Below the pieces are notes generated by a model that saw only the letters and a list, made by a program, of their open reading frames with translations, was not told the DNA's origin and made no database searches. Of a DNA stretch of 64,000 bases, positions 36,464-49,880 are shown piece by piece. Position numbers and translations under genes: made by a program. The first letter of the stretch is position 1, and every line of letters begins with the position of its first letter. Location of the stretch: NCBI GenBank assembly GCA_013239625.1, contig MU053594.1, forward strand, positions 1,457,654 through 1,521,653. The letters run 5' to 3'. The DNA comes from Lama guanicoe (taxonomy: Eukaryota).

Positions 36464-37884
36464 AGGGAGCTCCATTTTTTAAAGAAAGGTCTTTTAGTTT
36501 CAGCTAGATGTATCTTTGGAAAGTAAACTCTTGGGGCCTTAAGACAATAAACAAGGTCTCCTAATTGAAACAAAAGTACATAAGAAGGAGTAAGCTGGCG
36601 ATTGAGTGCTGACTTGCAAGCCTGATTACATAAAGTTCAGTATGACAAGGAGCTTTCTAACAACTGGAGTTCCCACAACAATGGAACGCCTTCTTTCACT
36701 ACAAAGTTCTTGCATCTCCTCTGGGCAAGGTCGGGGACACTGCAGAGGAGGATTCCCGGACTGCAAGGAAGGCTGACTAGAGGGTTCTTATCTACATGTT
36801 TGCTCATGCTTAATACCTCACAGGAGCCAGCCCTAGGTTAGTTACAAGTTACACCCATGAGGAGCCAAGGAGCCACCTGCTGCCCATGGAGAATGGGAAG
36901 ACAGGATCCTGATAACTATGTTTTCTTGCAAATTAGGTGCTGTGACAACTCAGGCACTGAAACAGACAGACACAGCGTCTGTGCTTAATTAACAACTTGG
37001 AGAAAACAAATGCTAATAATTGATTGAAGCGTGAGAATGAGGCATTGGGAAAAGACCCAGCAGCGTTCTGCCTGCCAGTTCTTTTGAGGCAGTGTGATTA
37101 GCATTTCACATCTTCCCAAAAGAAACTTCCACAGAAACCGTCTTACCTCCCAGTAGGTGCTGCCTTTGACCCATGAGGAGAGAAACAGGTAAGGATGTTG
37201 CTCTAATTACCCACAGGTGCTGGCCCGAGCCTCTCCGGGTTGTAAAGACTGCACACCTCACAGCGGGTGTGCTTCTCTGACTCGTTTACCTGGGAAGCAG
37301 TGGGGCTGTGAGTTGTGAGTGGGTCCAGGCCGGAGTGGCGAAGGACAAGCAGTTCTGCTACTGGGGCCTTTGAACCAGCAAACCCAACCTTGTTCAAAGT
37401 GTCTGGCACAGCGGGAGGCTTTCTGGGGGCTTCTGGAAGCCCGCAGAAGAACCTCAGCACAGACCTCCAGGGCCTGGGGGCAAAGACATGCGCTCTTCAG
37501 TGACATCTCTTCTCCTCCTGAGAAGCCTTTCCCGGCTTATCCCTGGGCCTCGGCACAGACTAAACACCCAACCAGGTCATATGAAACAACCATGGGACCT
37601 GAGTCGCCCATCGTGAAGAGGCTGCTCTCTGATCCTCCCCTTCAAGAAAGTTGAACACGCACAACAGCATTGTGTCACCAAAAGGAAGAAGCATCTTTGA
37701 GAAGTTGGAATCGCAGTGAACCTGCCCAGCAGAGGCTGGAGCTGAAGACGAGAAGAGGCCATTGCTAGAGACACCAGTGGAGGTCACCACCACCCCTCAA
37801 GTCCAGGATCTCCAGGCAATTTACTATCCTCTTCTAGCTGGTAAGTTATCTGAGCACCAGCACTCCTCATATAAAATAGTAGAG

Positions 37885-38035
37885 CAGTGCTTCTCGGCTG
37901 GAGGCAATTTTGCCCCCAAAGCCCCACATTGCTTAGTGTCACAACTAGGGGGCGCCCTAGGCATCTAGTGAGTAGAGGCATCTCCTGCTTAAGGAAGAAT
38001 TAACTGACTCCAAATGTCCAAGAGTGGCAAGGTTG
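37885..38035 (+). mobile_element. MER20-like hAT MITE (internally deleted)
   Basis: CAGTGCTTCTC..GGCAATTTTGCCCCC..TGTCACAACT..GGCATCTAGTGAGTAGAGGC..AAGAATTA..CAAATGTC..AGGTTG. Confidence 0.75.
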
Positions 38036-38140
38036 AAATATGAAAATGAAGATTTGTATGTATATGCATGACTGGGACACTGTGCTGTACACCAGAAATC
38101 GACACATTGTAACTGACTGTACTTCAATTAAAAAAAAAAA
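38036..38140 (+). mobile_element. Short young L1 3' tail
   Basis: TATATGCATGACTGGGACACTGTGCTGTACACCAGAAATCGACACATTGTAACTGACTGTACTTCAATT plus poly(A). TSD-like AAGAGTGGCAA / AAGAATGGCAA. Confidence 0.85.
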
Positions 38141-39693
38141 GAATGGCAAACATTGTTGTACAGGAAAGGAAAGAAATAGGGAAAATAAAGGAAATCAGTG
38201 ATTTAAGAGATCCCCAACAAAAAATACGCACAGATACAAACTTCCTCGTTTCTGTAGCTCGTGACAAGGTCAGAGTTGCTATTTTTTGCTACCCACCCCA
38301 TATTTCTTCTGTGTGCATGTTAATATTCCAGACATCGTGCTTCTCCCAGATTCTCAAAGTTTAATTTTATAGCCAGAAAGAGTTTTGAGTCCTTGTTGTA
38401 CGTATTAACTTATGTCTGCCTGCTCCCGCCCCAGACCTCAGTTCCAGGGGACAACAAGCCTAGGACACACACAGAAATGGCTGTTTCTCCCTCTCACCAA
38501 TTCGATCTAGAGATTCTAGAGGGGTGTATTTTTGGTTCAAGGTCATTTTTATCGCGTAAAAATTAAGGGTATTTTTACATTAGCATTATATTCCTATTCT
38601 ACATCCACGCATTCAGTATTAGAGTAACTACTTCCATTCATTTACTGAATAAATATTGGTTGAGCACCGGCTGTGAGTCGGATGCCCTGCTGGTGCATGT
38701 TACAATGGTCAAGGGACCAACTTTCTGCCTGTCTTTGCAGGGTTTGTGGACTGTGGTTCTAGTTTCACCGTGATCCTTTTCATCATAGGCTTACTGAATT
38801 GGGAGACCAGGAGAGCTCACCTCTCATCCAGCTCTTTCCCTGACAATCCATAGTCCCCTCAGGTCGTCTGCTGCCCTGGGACTAACCCACCCAGGACCTG
38901 CTGGTTGGGTGAAGCATCGTGCACCATCCCATCGTCTTGAGAAGCTTCCTTCCACAGCTTTTCCACCAGTGTGGCATGTGAGTTGTCCTCCTATTCTCTG
39001 CTTAGCCGAGACTCTGAAGGATGTTTTGGGAAAAGACCAAACGGAAACACTTAAGATGGAAACAATAATGTCAATGTCCTTCAGGAGGCCAGAACACCCT
39101 TGCTCCCCCTGGGAGAGACCCCAACCTAAAATTCCCCTATTGCCACCACGGGTGCAACTTGGCTTTTCAGGGTCCTTGAATTGTTCTCACCGTGAGCTTC
39201 CAGCTTGAGCCAAAACTGAACGCATTCCTGGCCTTCAGTTTGTCTGGAATGTCTGGTGACTCAGAGGGGCAACCTGCCAGAAGCCCTTCTCCCCCAGGGT
39301 CCGAGCAGCCACCTGGGAGAGGACGGCAGGGGAAGAGGGAAGGGCCGTTCTGGGAGTCCTGCTTCAGGAGGAGACATCTGTGGTGGTGTCTTACGCTTGC
39401 TCGTTAATTCTCCTTCCGTTGCTCTGCTTCTGATTCCCGTGGCAGGACCCTCTGTGGTGCTTATCGCCTGTGAGGGTTCCTATCACCCACATTTCTAACT
39501 TGTGGTTTATGCCCTGCCTTTCACTGTATCTCAGAACACTTGACATTATCCCTTTGTGGTTAGAGTGTAAGATTCTGGAGTTTCCTTCTTTTCTTGTGTT
39601 CATTTATTCATTGTTTATTTAGAAATATTTATTGAGCATCTAATTCTACGTAGGCACTCTTAGGAATGACACCTCTTGGAGTTTACATTCACA

Positions 39694-39783
39694 GAGAGTG
39701 GTAGAGCGTGTGCTCAGCATGCACGAGGTCCTGCGTTCAATCTCCAGCACCTCCATTAAAAAAAAAAAAAGATTCAAAAAAAG
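39694..39783 (+). mobile_element. 5'-truncated Vic-1-type SINE
   Basis: AGTGGTAGAGCGTGTGCTCAGCATGCACGAGGTCCTGCGTTCAATCTCCAGCACCTCCATT plus poly(A). Confidence 0.85.
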
Positions 39784-40850
39784 TAATTCAAGAGGGAGAG
39801 ATTCAGAGGGCTTCCAATGTTTCAGTAAAGTTTTCCATCATAAATAGGATGACAACTTGCTGGCCCTTTCATGACTTCGAGATATGAAATATTTTATTCA
39901 ATAAAATGTTTTATCAAAAATATAGGGGAAAGAGAGTGATCAACTCGATCAGTTGCTGCTGGGAGATCAGGTAAGACAAGGGAGGGAATGAAACCCTTGC
40001 ATTTGGCAAGTGGACATCACTGATGATCGGGACAAGAGCAACTCCAAAGAAGGACTGAGGACAACAGCCCCCTCGGGGTGGGTGAAGGAAGAACGGAAGC
40101 GAGGAAGTGGCTACACACTGACTACGGACAAGTCTTGAGGATATCTGCCGAAAAGGGGAGCAGAGAATTGGAGCAGGAACCAGGGGGAGACTTATGATCA
40201 CGGAAGTCTGGGGTTTGCTTGTTGGTTTCAGGTTGTTGTTGGACTGAGTGAGAATTGCAGCCTATCTGTAGGCCAGTGGAAAAGAACTAATCAGTCATCC
40301 AGGAGAGAAGGGATGGATGAGAACGCAGCATCCTTGGGTGGACAAGAGAGAAAGAGATCTAGCCAACAGGTGGAGGAGTCAGCCGTCCGCACGTAGGACA
40401 GGGACCGCGTATCCGTGGGGCAGGAGGGAGGCAGAGTGTACAGGGCTGAATACAGGGCTCCCAGAAGCAAGTGGCTTAACAGACTTGGTGCTGTTCTGAT
40501 TCCTTCTACTATTTTCTTGGAAGAAATGAAAGGCAGGGTCATCAGTTGAGAAGATGGGAAGGGCTTTTGGAGGTTAAGGCGAAAGCGAGCAAAAGGCAGG
40601 ATGAATCTTACAGACTTAAAAAGAGCAAATTAAATAAGAACATGAAGTAGGGGCACCTGAAAGAGCAGAGGATCTGCCTGAGCCAGGGTATCAATTTCAT
40701 GGGGGCTGGTTGTTCAGCCCCTCTTCACTGAGCACAGGCCGGGGAGGGAGCAGGAGCGTTGACGTAAAGAGGAGGGTGGGGCGCAAGGGAGTTCAAGATG
40801 CAGCTGGACCTCCATCCCTCTGCCCTACTGTGAGCTCATATTAGGACTTT

Positions 40851-41740
40851 CTTTTTTCCTTTTTTTTTTAATTGAAGTATAGTCTACTTACAACGTTGTG
40901 TTAATTTCCAGTGTACAGCACAGTAATTCATTTATGCATATATATTTTTCCCTTTCAAATTCTTCTTCATTATAGGCTATTATAAGGTACTGAATATAGT
41001 TCCCTGTGCTATACAGTATAAATTTGTTGTTTATCCATTTTATATATAGGAGTTAGCATCTGCAAATCTTGAACTCCCAATGTGTCCCCTCCACCCCCTC
41101 TCCCCCATTGTAATCATAAGTTTGCTTTCTATGTCTGTGAGTCTGTCTCTGTTTTGTAAATAAGTTCATATGTGGGGGGGGGGGTTGTTTGCTTGATTGG
41201 TTTTTTGTTTGGTTTTTTTTTAGATTCCACATATAAGTGATATCATATGGTATTTTTCTTTCTCTTTCTGACTTACTTCACTTAGTATGATGATCTCCAG
41301 GTCCATCCATGTTGCTGCAAATGGCATTTTTCATTCTTTCTACAGCTGAGTAGTATCCCATTATGTATATATACCACATCTACTTTGTCCGGTCATCTGT
41401 CCATGGACATTTAGGTTGCTTCCAAGTCTTGGCTCTTGTAAATAGTGCTGCTATGAACATTAGGGTGCATGTACCTTTTCAAATTAGAGTTCCCTCCAGA
41501 CATATGCCCAGGACTAGGATTATCAGATCTTATGGGAAGTCTGTCTTTAGTCTTTTGAGGAATCTCCCTACTGTTTTCCATGATGGCTGCACCAAACTCC
41601 ATTCCCACCAGCAGTGTAGGAGGGTTCCCTTTTCTCCACACCCTCTCCTGCATTTATCATTTGTGGACTTTTGAATGATGGCCATTCTGACTGGGGTGAG
41701 GTGATACCTCATTGTACTTTTGATTTGGATTTCTCCCCTC
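40851..41740 (-). mobile_element. Young 5'-truncated L1 (ORF2 C-terminus and 3'UTR)
   Basis: ORF 41530-41712 [36 protein letters not shown] is the L1 ORF2 cysteine-rich domain. Poly(T) on the left; TSD AGGACTTT at 40843-40850 and 41741-41748. Confidence 0.93.
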
Positions 41741-44700
41741 AGGACTTTTAAAATTTCCTGTCTAAGAACCTCACTAGAGGATCATCCCAACCTGGACGTC
41801 CTTGTAGCATTGAACTTCAAAAGGGAAGGGGTTTGGGTCTAGGTCTCTTTTCCCAGGAAGTTCCTGGAAACTTTATGCACCCACCTCTTTCCCAGGGGCC
41901 AGCTCTACCCACCAAGGAGTGTAGGAAAGGGTGAAAAGGACCGAGTCACCAAGACTGGGTTACTCTTCAGCCCTCAGGCAAATACAGCCCCTTGTAAGGC
42001 TTTGGCCCCAGGTAATCAAGAGCTCCTCCATGGCATCTGCCTCTACCCGCCCACGCTGGGTGAGACCTTGGGCTGGGCCAGGGGCCCTGCATTAGCAGGT
42101 GGAAGAATGAGCTGGTGAAAAGCAAACAGTCCATTTGTTCTCCCATCTGGGATGGCTCAGAGAAACCTGGGCCACCCTCTTCATTTCTACAGAATTCAAC
42201 CAAACAGACCAGCCACTCTGCAATTTAATAAAAATGACTCAGGCCTTGGCTTAAAGGTATTGCCACTCGTGTGCAGAAAAGAGTCAGAAGAACTGGTACA
42301 AAGGCAGATAAGACTCGGTTTGGGCAGAGGAGATCAAACAGATGCAGAGATTAGGGGGCAACTACATAAAGCATTCTTGCACGTGTGAGATTGACAGGCT
42401 GGTCCCTAAAAACAAACTGCATGCAGGGTTGGCTCTGGTGTCCCAGCTCTTTGCTCTGCATCCACTTTATCCCGGAGCCTGACAGCCAGGGCACGCAGGC
42501 TGTCCCCTCTGTGGGGACCACACATACCCTCTCTTCTGAGCCAGCTCCCTTACTCCCCTCCCCAGCCCCAGCCAAAACCCATCTCCACTTCTTCTGAGCA
42601 CTCATAGGAGACAAGTGCTAACCTGATAAATTAATTCAAGTTAATGCAAATTATGGCTTAATATGTTTCCCTTCCCAGACAACATTTACATTTTTAAAAG
42701 TAGCTCTGGTTCCTTAAATCTAAAGGAATGAGTATTGTGGGAATGTCGGTGGCAGGCAAGTAGGGGAGACTATAGAAAACAGTACAATTTTCTAAGGCCC
42801 CTCTGGGGTCAGATGTGGAAGGTCCCATCTGCTCCTTCTGATCATCAGATAGTCATGGGCCAAGAGGCACCAGGCTCAAATTTTTCTCTAAAACCAGGAG
42901 ATTTCTGTCTTAAGAAAATATGCTTATAATGTGTTTGGCTACTGCCTGTTATTACTCTAACATATGCAGGTGAGGTTATTCTGTGCAATCAAAATAAATC
43001 CACGATAATGGTTTGCTTAATTTCCTCTTCTGCACCAGGTAATGTGAGTTTCCTAAGGACAGAAGAAAAGAGAAAAGGAGGCACCTGCCCATCACTATCA
43101 CAGGAGATCTCTGCCCTGGACTGGCAGCCCTGCCCAGGCCACTACAGGGCCTTCTGGGCTGCACTGGGTACCAGGCAGGAGGGTATCAGGTGGGGCTTGC
43201 TCCAGCTGCCTTTGTACTCTTGAGAGAAGCAGAAGGGAGACCCAGCCTCCCACAGGACCCAGCTACAGAAAGAAATTCTGGCATGTGCTATGGAACTCCT
43301 AGCTCACCAGAAATCTCTGTGGGGCTGTGTGAGTTTGTGCATCAAGGAACCAGTTTTATCGATGTCAAGGTTTGTCATGAGAAGTCTTAAGCCTAATGTA
43401 AAGATGGTAACAAAGGCACAAACAACAGCTTCCTCCAGCTTCTCTTTGCTTTCCTGGGGCTGGGTCTGAAACAAAATCCAGCCTTCTGCTTTTCCAGGCT
43501 CTCATCACCTGCCCTCCCACCCCAGAATGGAGAGGGGCTGAACCCTGCTGTTCTGGAGGAAGCAGACGCAGGCACAAAGACCTAGCTACTGCCCGTGGAG
43601 CCCCTGGGCAACCTGAAGACCCGGACTGAGCAGCTGGCAGGGAGGGGGCCGCTCATGTAATGACAGTGTCCACAGGTGGCCTCCATAAAACACTCACCCA
43701 TTCACCCATTCACCCATCCATTCATGCAGTCACCGGTAATTTTTCAGCTCGAGAAATCAGCAGGGAGCCCAGCTCCATAAGACAGCTAATGACCCCCAGG
43801 AGGGGTGGGACACACCAGTGTCCTCCTCACCTGTGAGCCGGGGCAGGGGGTTACAGTGACTATTTGTCTTTGGGGTGGAGGCAGAGCCCAGCCCTCTGAG
43901 GACTAAGCAAACAGCTGCTACCTGGCTCCCACCCAGCGGTGGGAGGCCCGTCACTGTCCCCACCCCCAGGCCAGTTGACCTATTCCTTTGACAAACACAA
44001 TGCTCTCCTGAGTTAATCTTCCCCTAAATGTCTCCATGCTTCTGGAACTTCAATCACAGCCCTCTCTGTCCTCAGGCCGACGCTGCCACCGTGCAAATGC
44101 AATTTCAATCACCACGCACATCTTCCCTCTGTGTTTTCTCACACTGGGGCTGTCTCCCTGTCTCTGCTTTTCTCCAGGGCCCTGTTCAGTGTGCCTTGCC
44201 CGCCTTCCGCTCCGCATCAGGCCGTCACAGGGAGGTCCCCGCCAGTGCACGGAGGGCTCCTCTCCCTCCACTGTGTCTCAGAGATTCTCTCTCTCTGGTT
44301 TCTGGTTTCCACCTCCCTGTTCTCAGCCACTTGCACTCGCTTTGGATCCCTTTCTTGTTCTCTGCTGCTGCCTAGGATTCAATGAAACAGACCCTTCCCT
44401 CAGCCCCGGGCCACCCAGGCACCGAAATGCGGATGTACACTCACCCCACAGCTGCCACGTCTTGCCCAAAACCCAGACTTTGGATCCTCTTGGTTCTCAC
44501 TTCTGGGCTGAAGGTCTGGCTTCCGGGAGCCGCAGGATATTACAGCGCCATGCCCTGACTTTGCCCGGGAGGGGAGGTCACTCACACCTCCCACTGCCTC
44601 TTTTTCCTGGAAAAGGAAAATGGAACACGAGCGCTTCTAGTGTTGGCTTGACTCCCTTAGGAGGGAGAGGACAGAAGGCCCTAGATGACGGGGATCCCAG

Positions 44701-45039
44701 CTTCACGAAGGGCGGCTCTACCAGGATGCCTGCCAAGGCCCCAGGGCCGCCACCGCCCTCCCTCACGTTCCCAGTGGCTGTCTTTTCCCTCTGCTCCTCA
44801 CCTTGGAGGCAATGGGATCACCAGACTCTACAAAGAGGTAGCTCAAGGCTGAGTGTTGCCCCCGTCATCGCCACACGCGTCCTTCCTGCAAGTCCATGTG
44901 GAGCAGGGAGCAGCAAGCGAAGCTTCAAACTCCCAGCTCAAGCCTCCTTCTCCAGCCCTGTGTTGCCTCAACATGGTGGGGTTTTTTTTCTTTTTGGACT
45001 TGAAATGCAGGAAAGTCTGATTAAATCGTGTCCCTTTTT

Positions 45040-46445
45040 TTATGATAAATCAATACAAAGAGCTCTAAAACTCAACAAGAAACAACTCGGTGATAAAATT
45101 TGGACCAACGACCTCGCCCAAGAAGATATTCAGATGGCAAATAAGCACACGAAAAGATGCTTCATAACACGTGTCCTCAGGGAAATGCAAGACACCACTA
45201 TGCACCTATTAGAACGGCCAAAATCCAGAACACCGATGACACCAAATGCTGGTGAGGGTGTGGAGCCACCGGAAATCACATTCATTGCTAGCAAGGATGC
45301 AAAATGGTACCACCACGCTGAAAGACAGTTTGACAGTTTCTTACAAAACTAAATATTGAAACTAGAGATGATCATATTGAGTCAGTCAGTCAGAGAAAGA
45401 CAGATACCGTATGATACGACTTATATGTGGAATCTAAAAAGATTACACGAACAAACTTATTTACAAAGAGAAAGAGATTCACATACATAGAAAACAAACT
45501 TTTGGTTATCAGGGAGGGAAGGGAAGGGAAGGAGGGAAGGATAAATTGGGAGTTTGGGATCGGCAGATAAAAACTACCATGTACAGAATAGATAAACAAC
45601 AAGGTCCTACTGCATAGCACAGGGAACTATATTCAGTGGTTTGTAGTAACCTGTAATGAAAAAGAATATGAAAAAGAATATAACTGATTCACTGTGCTGT
45701 ACACCAGAAACTAAAACAACATTGCAAATCAACTACAAGTCAATAAAAAATAAATTTAAAAAAACCCAGATATAATTTTACTATATGATCCAGCAATCAC
45801 ACTCTTTGGTATTTACCCAAAGGAGTTGAAAAAATGTGTCCATACAAAAATCTGCACATGGACATTTATAGTAGCTCTATTAATAACTACCTAAACTTCA
45901 AAGCAGCCAAGATGTCCTTCTGTAGATGAATGGATTAAAAGCTGTAGTATACCCAGACAATGGAATATTATACAGCATTAAAAAAAGAAATGAACCATCA
46001 AGCCATGAAAAAACCTTAAATGCATATTAATGAGTGAAAGAAGTCAATCGGATGAGGCTACATACGGTATGATTCCAACTATGTGACTTTCTGGAAAAGG
46101 TAAAACTATAGAGACAGTAAAAAATCCGTGGTTGCCACGGGTTGGGGAGAAAGGAGGAGGAAATGGTGTGTATGATACTACAATTGTGGATACATATCAT
46201 TATATGCTTGTCTAAACCAACACAATGTACAACGCCAAGAGTGAATCCTGATGGAGTGGTCTGTGGTTGACAATGATGTCAATGTAGATTCATGACTTGC
46301 AACAAATGTACCACTCTCAGGGGAGATATTGGCAATGGGAGAGACATGAGTGGAGACAGAGAATATCTGAGAAATCTCTGTACCTTCCCCTTGACTTGCT
46401 GCAAACTTAAAACTTCTCTAAAATATAGTCTGTTCAATATTTTTT
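45040..46445 (+). mobile_element. L1MC1-like ORF2 end and 3'UTR, host of a younger L1 tail
   Basis: GAAGATATTCAGATGGCAAATAAGCAC..; resumes TATGATCCAGCAATCACACTC at about 45784; 3'UTR CCAAGAGTGAATCCT..CAACAAATGTACCACTCT..GAAATCTCTGTACCTTCC. Confidence 0.8.
45351..45765 (+). mobile_element. Young L1 3' end nested in older L1
   Basis: CAGAGAAAGACAGATACCGTATGATACGACTTATATGTGGAATCTAAAAA..TGTGCTGTACACCAGAAACT..CAATAAAAAA. Confidence 0.88.
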
Positions 46446-46799
46446 AAATGGTATATAACTAAGTTAATAATGAAGAAAGTTATTTGCTAACTACTGAGGT
46501 CTACTAAATATAAATCTAAATAATAGCTGTAAATATTACTGCAAACTAAATGCAAATGTCAAAATTTTTGAAAGAGAAGACACATCATGTAAAAATAAAA
46601 ATATTTTTACAATTAATATTGTGTATTAATAAAACTCCAATTTTTATTAAAACAGATGGAAAAGTGGAGAAGGAATAGAATAGTAATGGTGGGAAAAAGT
46701 AAATTTCATGTCAAATTTTTTATCTTGCATGTATATCGTCAAAAGTTATTATTTTATTTGCTGTTTTTATCCTCTATCTATATCTATATTGACTTCCAT

Positions 46800-49700
46800 T
46801 TGTGAGATTGTGAGTGGCTAAAAATTCAGATCAACACTCTTGCTGGAAACAACTAAAAATTCCAGAAAGGTATTTATTAAATCTCTTTAAAAGCACAGAG
46901 GGCCTGACAGCATACCAAGGAATTACTAGACCAAAGTGTAAGTGAGACCTGGAAACCCAGCCAGGAAAACAGAACAATAAAGCACCCTCTTTCCTGAGGG
47001 TGTTTATCTATGTCTGCAAACTCGAGCTCCACTTTTGACATTAAACTTCAGTGACTGAACTAGACACAAGGGCCAGGTGTCAATGCAACATGTATCCCAT
47101 GACCCTCCCTACATAAAGCTAGGATGCCTTCACAATAAGGGTGAACTAGAAATAAAACTCCCCCTCTGTCCCAACGCTCACAACCCCACACTTCTAGCAG
47201 GAAAGTTGCTCTGGCACTGGTCAGAAGATGGGGGAAAAGGTGAAAACAAAACCTTACCTGAGAAGGTACGAATAAAAGCAGCTCTTGAGAAGATGTGTAG
47301 CTGAAACCCACATAAATTGGTTGGGGAAAAATTCCTCAAGGCATGAATTTAGTTTAAAGTGGTTCCAGGCTGGTAGTTCCCCTAGGCACGCAGCAGAAGT
47401 AAAAATAAATCCTCTCTGAAGAATGCGCCTTCATACGAGGCATCAAACAATCTCTAAAAATAATATTTATGAGGACAATGACTTTCATACAGTCAAAAAT
47501 TATAAAACAGATAAAGTAAAGGGAGTGAAAACCAACAGAAACAGACAAGAGCAGAGACAGATCCACAAAAACTTCAGACAGCGAAATTATCAGGCTAGAT
47601 TAAAATCCAATTATTTTTCCTGTGTTTAAGACATAAAAGACAAGTTTTTAAATATCTGCAACAAATCTCAGCAAGGAAGCTATTAAAAGTTATAGCATAT
47701 GTATTTTAAGTAAAAAGAACGTCTAGGAACTTCTTAGAATAAAAGCAATGGATGAGTGTAACAGCTGGCAGACATAGATAGATAGAGAACTAGTGAAATA
47801 GATGGGGCAGAAGAAATCATTTAGAATATAAAACAAGAAAAGAGAGAGAGAATAAGAGAGTGGCAATATTTGAAACAATAATGGCTGAGAACTTTTCAGA
47901 ATTAATGCAAGATACCAATACACAGATTTAAGGCACCAAACAACTATTAAGAAGGATGAATTAAAGAGGCATCACACCCAGTCCCAACATAGATAAACTG
48001 ATGAGTTAAAATGCTTTTAATCCCAAAAGATCAATTACTTCAAAGGAGCAACAGTTACTTTGATAACTAACTTCTCAACAGTAGCAATGGCACCCAAAAT
48101 TTAAAACAGAGTCTTCAATGTACTGAAAGGAAGCAAATGCCGGTCTAGAAATCTATTCTTGGCCAAAAAAAAAAAAGTATCTTTCAAAAAGGAGCGTGAA
48201 ATAAAAAACAGTCAGACCAATAGTAGCTGAGAATTCACCATGAGCAGATCTTAACCAAGGGAAATTCTGGATGATACACTTCAAGTAGAAAAAAGTAATC
48301 CCAGAGAAACAGACTGTGATTAGAGAAGAAATGGAGAATTCAGAACATACAAAGTATGTGAGTAAGTCTAAATATGAACTGTATAAAACAATAGTGTTAA
48401 ATAGTGTTAAAAATAAAGAGTTAAAATATTCGACAATAATAACACATAAGCCAGGGAGGTGGTAAACACATTAAAATAGTCTAAGTTTCTTATATTATCA
48501 GAAGGAGATGATAGCTATCAATTAACTTTAGACTTTGATAAATTAAGTACACATAAAGTAATTTCTCAGATAACCACTAAATGAACAGAAACAGAGTGAA
48601 TATTTCCAAACTGGCCAAAAGAAAAATTAAAGTTATTTTTAAAAAATACTCCATAAGTCCAAATGAATGCAAAAAAAGGAGAGTAAAAGAAAAAAAGGAG
48701 AGAAAAGAAAGGACAGGTCTTACAAATGAAAACTACAAAATAAGGCGGTACATTAAGATGTAAACACATTGGTAACTTCATTAAACCTAAATGAGCTGCA
48801 TGTTCCAAATTGTTTTTAAAAAGATAGTCATGTTGAATTAAATTTTTTTAAAATACAACAAACTAGTGAATAGAACATAAAAGAACAGACTCACAGATAC
48901 AGAGAACAAACTGGTTACTGGTGTGGTTATAGAGGAGGGGGAGTGGGAGGTGCATACTGCTGGGTGCAAGATAGGCTCAAGGATGTATTGTTCAACACGG
49001 GGAGTATAACCAATATATTGTAGTAACTGTAAATGGAAAATATCCTTTAAAGATTGTATAAAAACAAAATATTTAAAATTTTTAAAGTCAGTATTCAGAC
49101 AAAAACCGCAATTTAAAAAGAGGGCAAAAATATGAACAGATCCTTAACAAAAGAATATATACAGATGGCCAATGAGCACATGAAATGATGCTGAATATTT
49201 GCCACTGTTGAAATAGACCTCTTACTCCTCTGAGATGCAATTTCACGTCTACTTGAACGTCTAAAGATGGAAAGACTGAAAATAACTCAGAAAGGATGCT
49301 GAGCAAGAAAGCTTCCTCAAGTTAGCGATGTTAGTGAAAAATGGTACAACTGTTCGGGGAAATAGTTTGGCAAGTTCTTATAACATTAATATACATCTAC
49401 CAATGACCCAGAAATTCTTCTCCTAAGTATTTACTAAAAGAAAATTAAAATATAGGTCCACATGAAAACTTGTACACAAATTTTCATAGCATTATTTTTA
49501 ATCAAAAAAAAAACAGGGGAAAAATGGATAAACAAATTATGGTAAATTCACACCAAGGAATGCTATTTCAATAAAAAGACATGAACCAGTAATACCTGGA
49601 ATGATGGTGATAAACCTGAGATATGTCACTTTGAGTGAGAGAATTCAAACACGTCAAGACACACACTATGATTCCGTTTATGTGAAGTACAAGAAACTAG

Positions 49701-49880
49701 AAAGTGGCTACCTGGCCACAGAGATGGGAATCGATCTGAAAGGGGTACCAGGAAATTTAGGGAGTAATTGAAATATTCTGTATCCTGTCTTGGGTTTTGG
49801 TTATATAGGTAGATACAATTGACAAAAGATGTTAAACTTCACATTAGACCTATGCATTTTCTAGTACATAAATTACGTTT
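46800..49880 (+). mobile_element. Mosaic of ancient L1 5'/ORF1 and 3' fragments, with a younger L1 3' end at about 48860-49085
   Basis: ORF1 motif ATATTTGAAACAATAATGGCTGAGAACTTTTCAGAATTAATG (47866). 3'UTR AGACTCACAGATACAGAGAACAAACT..GATAGGCTCAAGGATGTATTGT. CAATGACCCAGAAATTC (49401). Confidence 0.7.
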
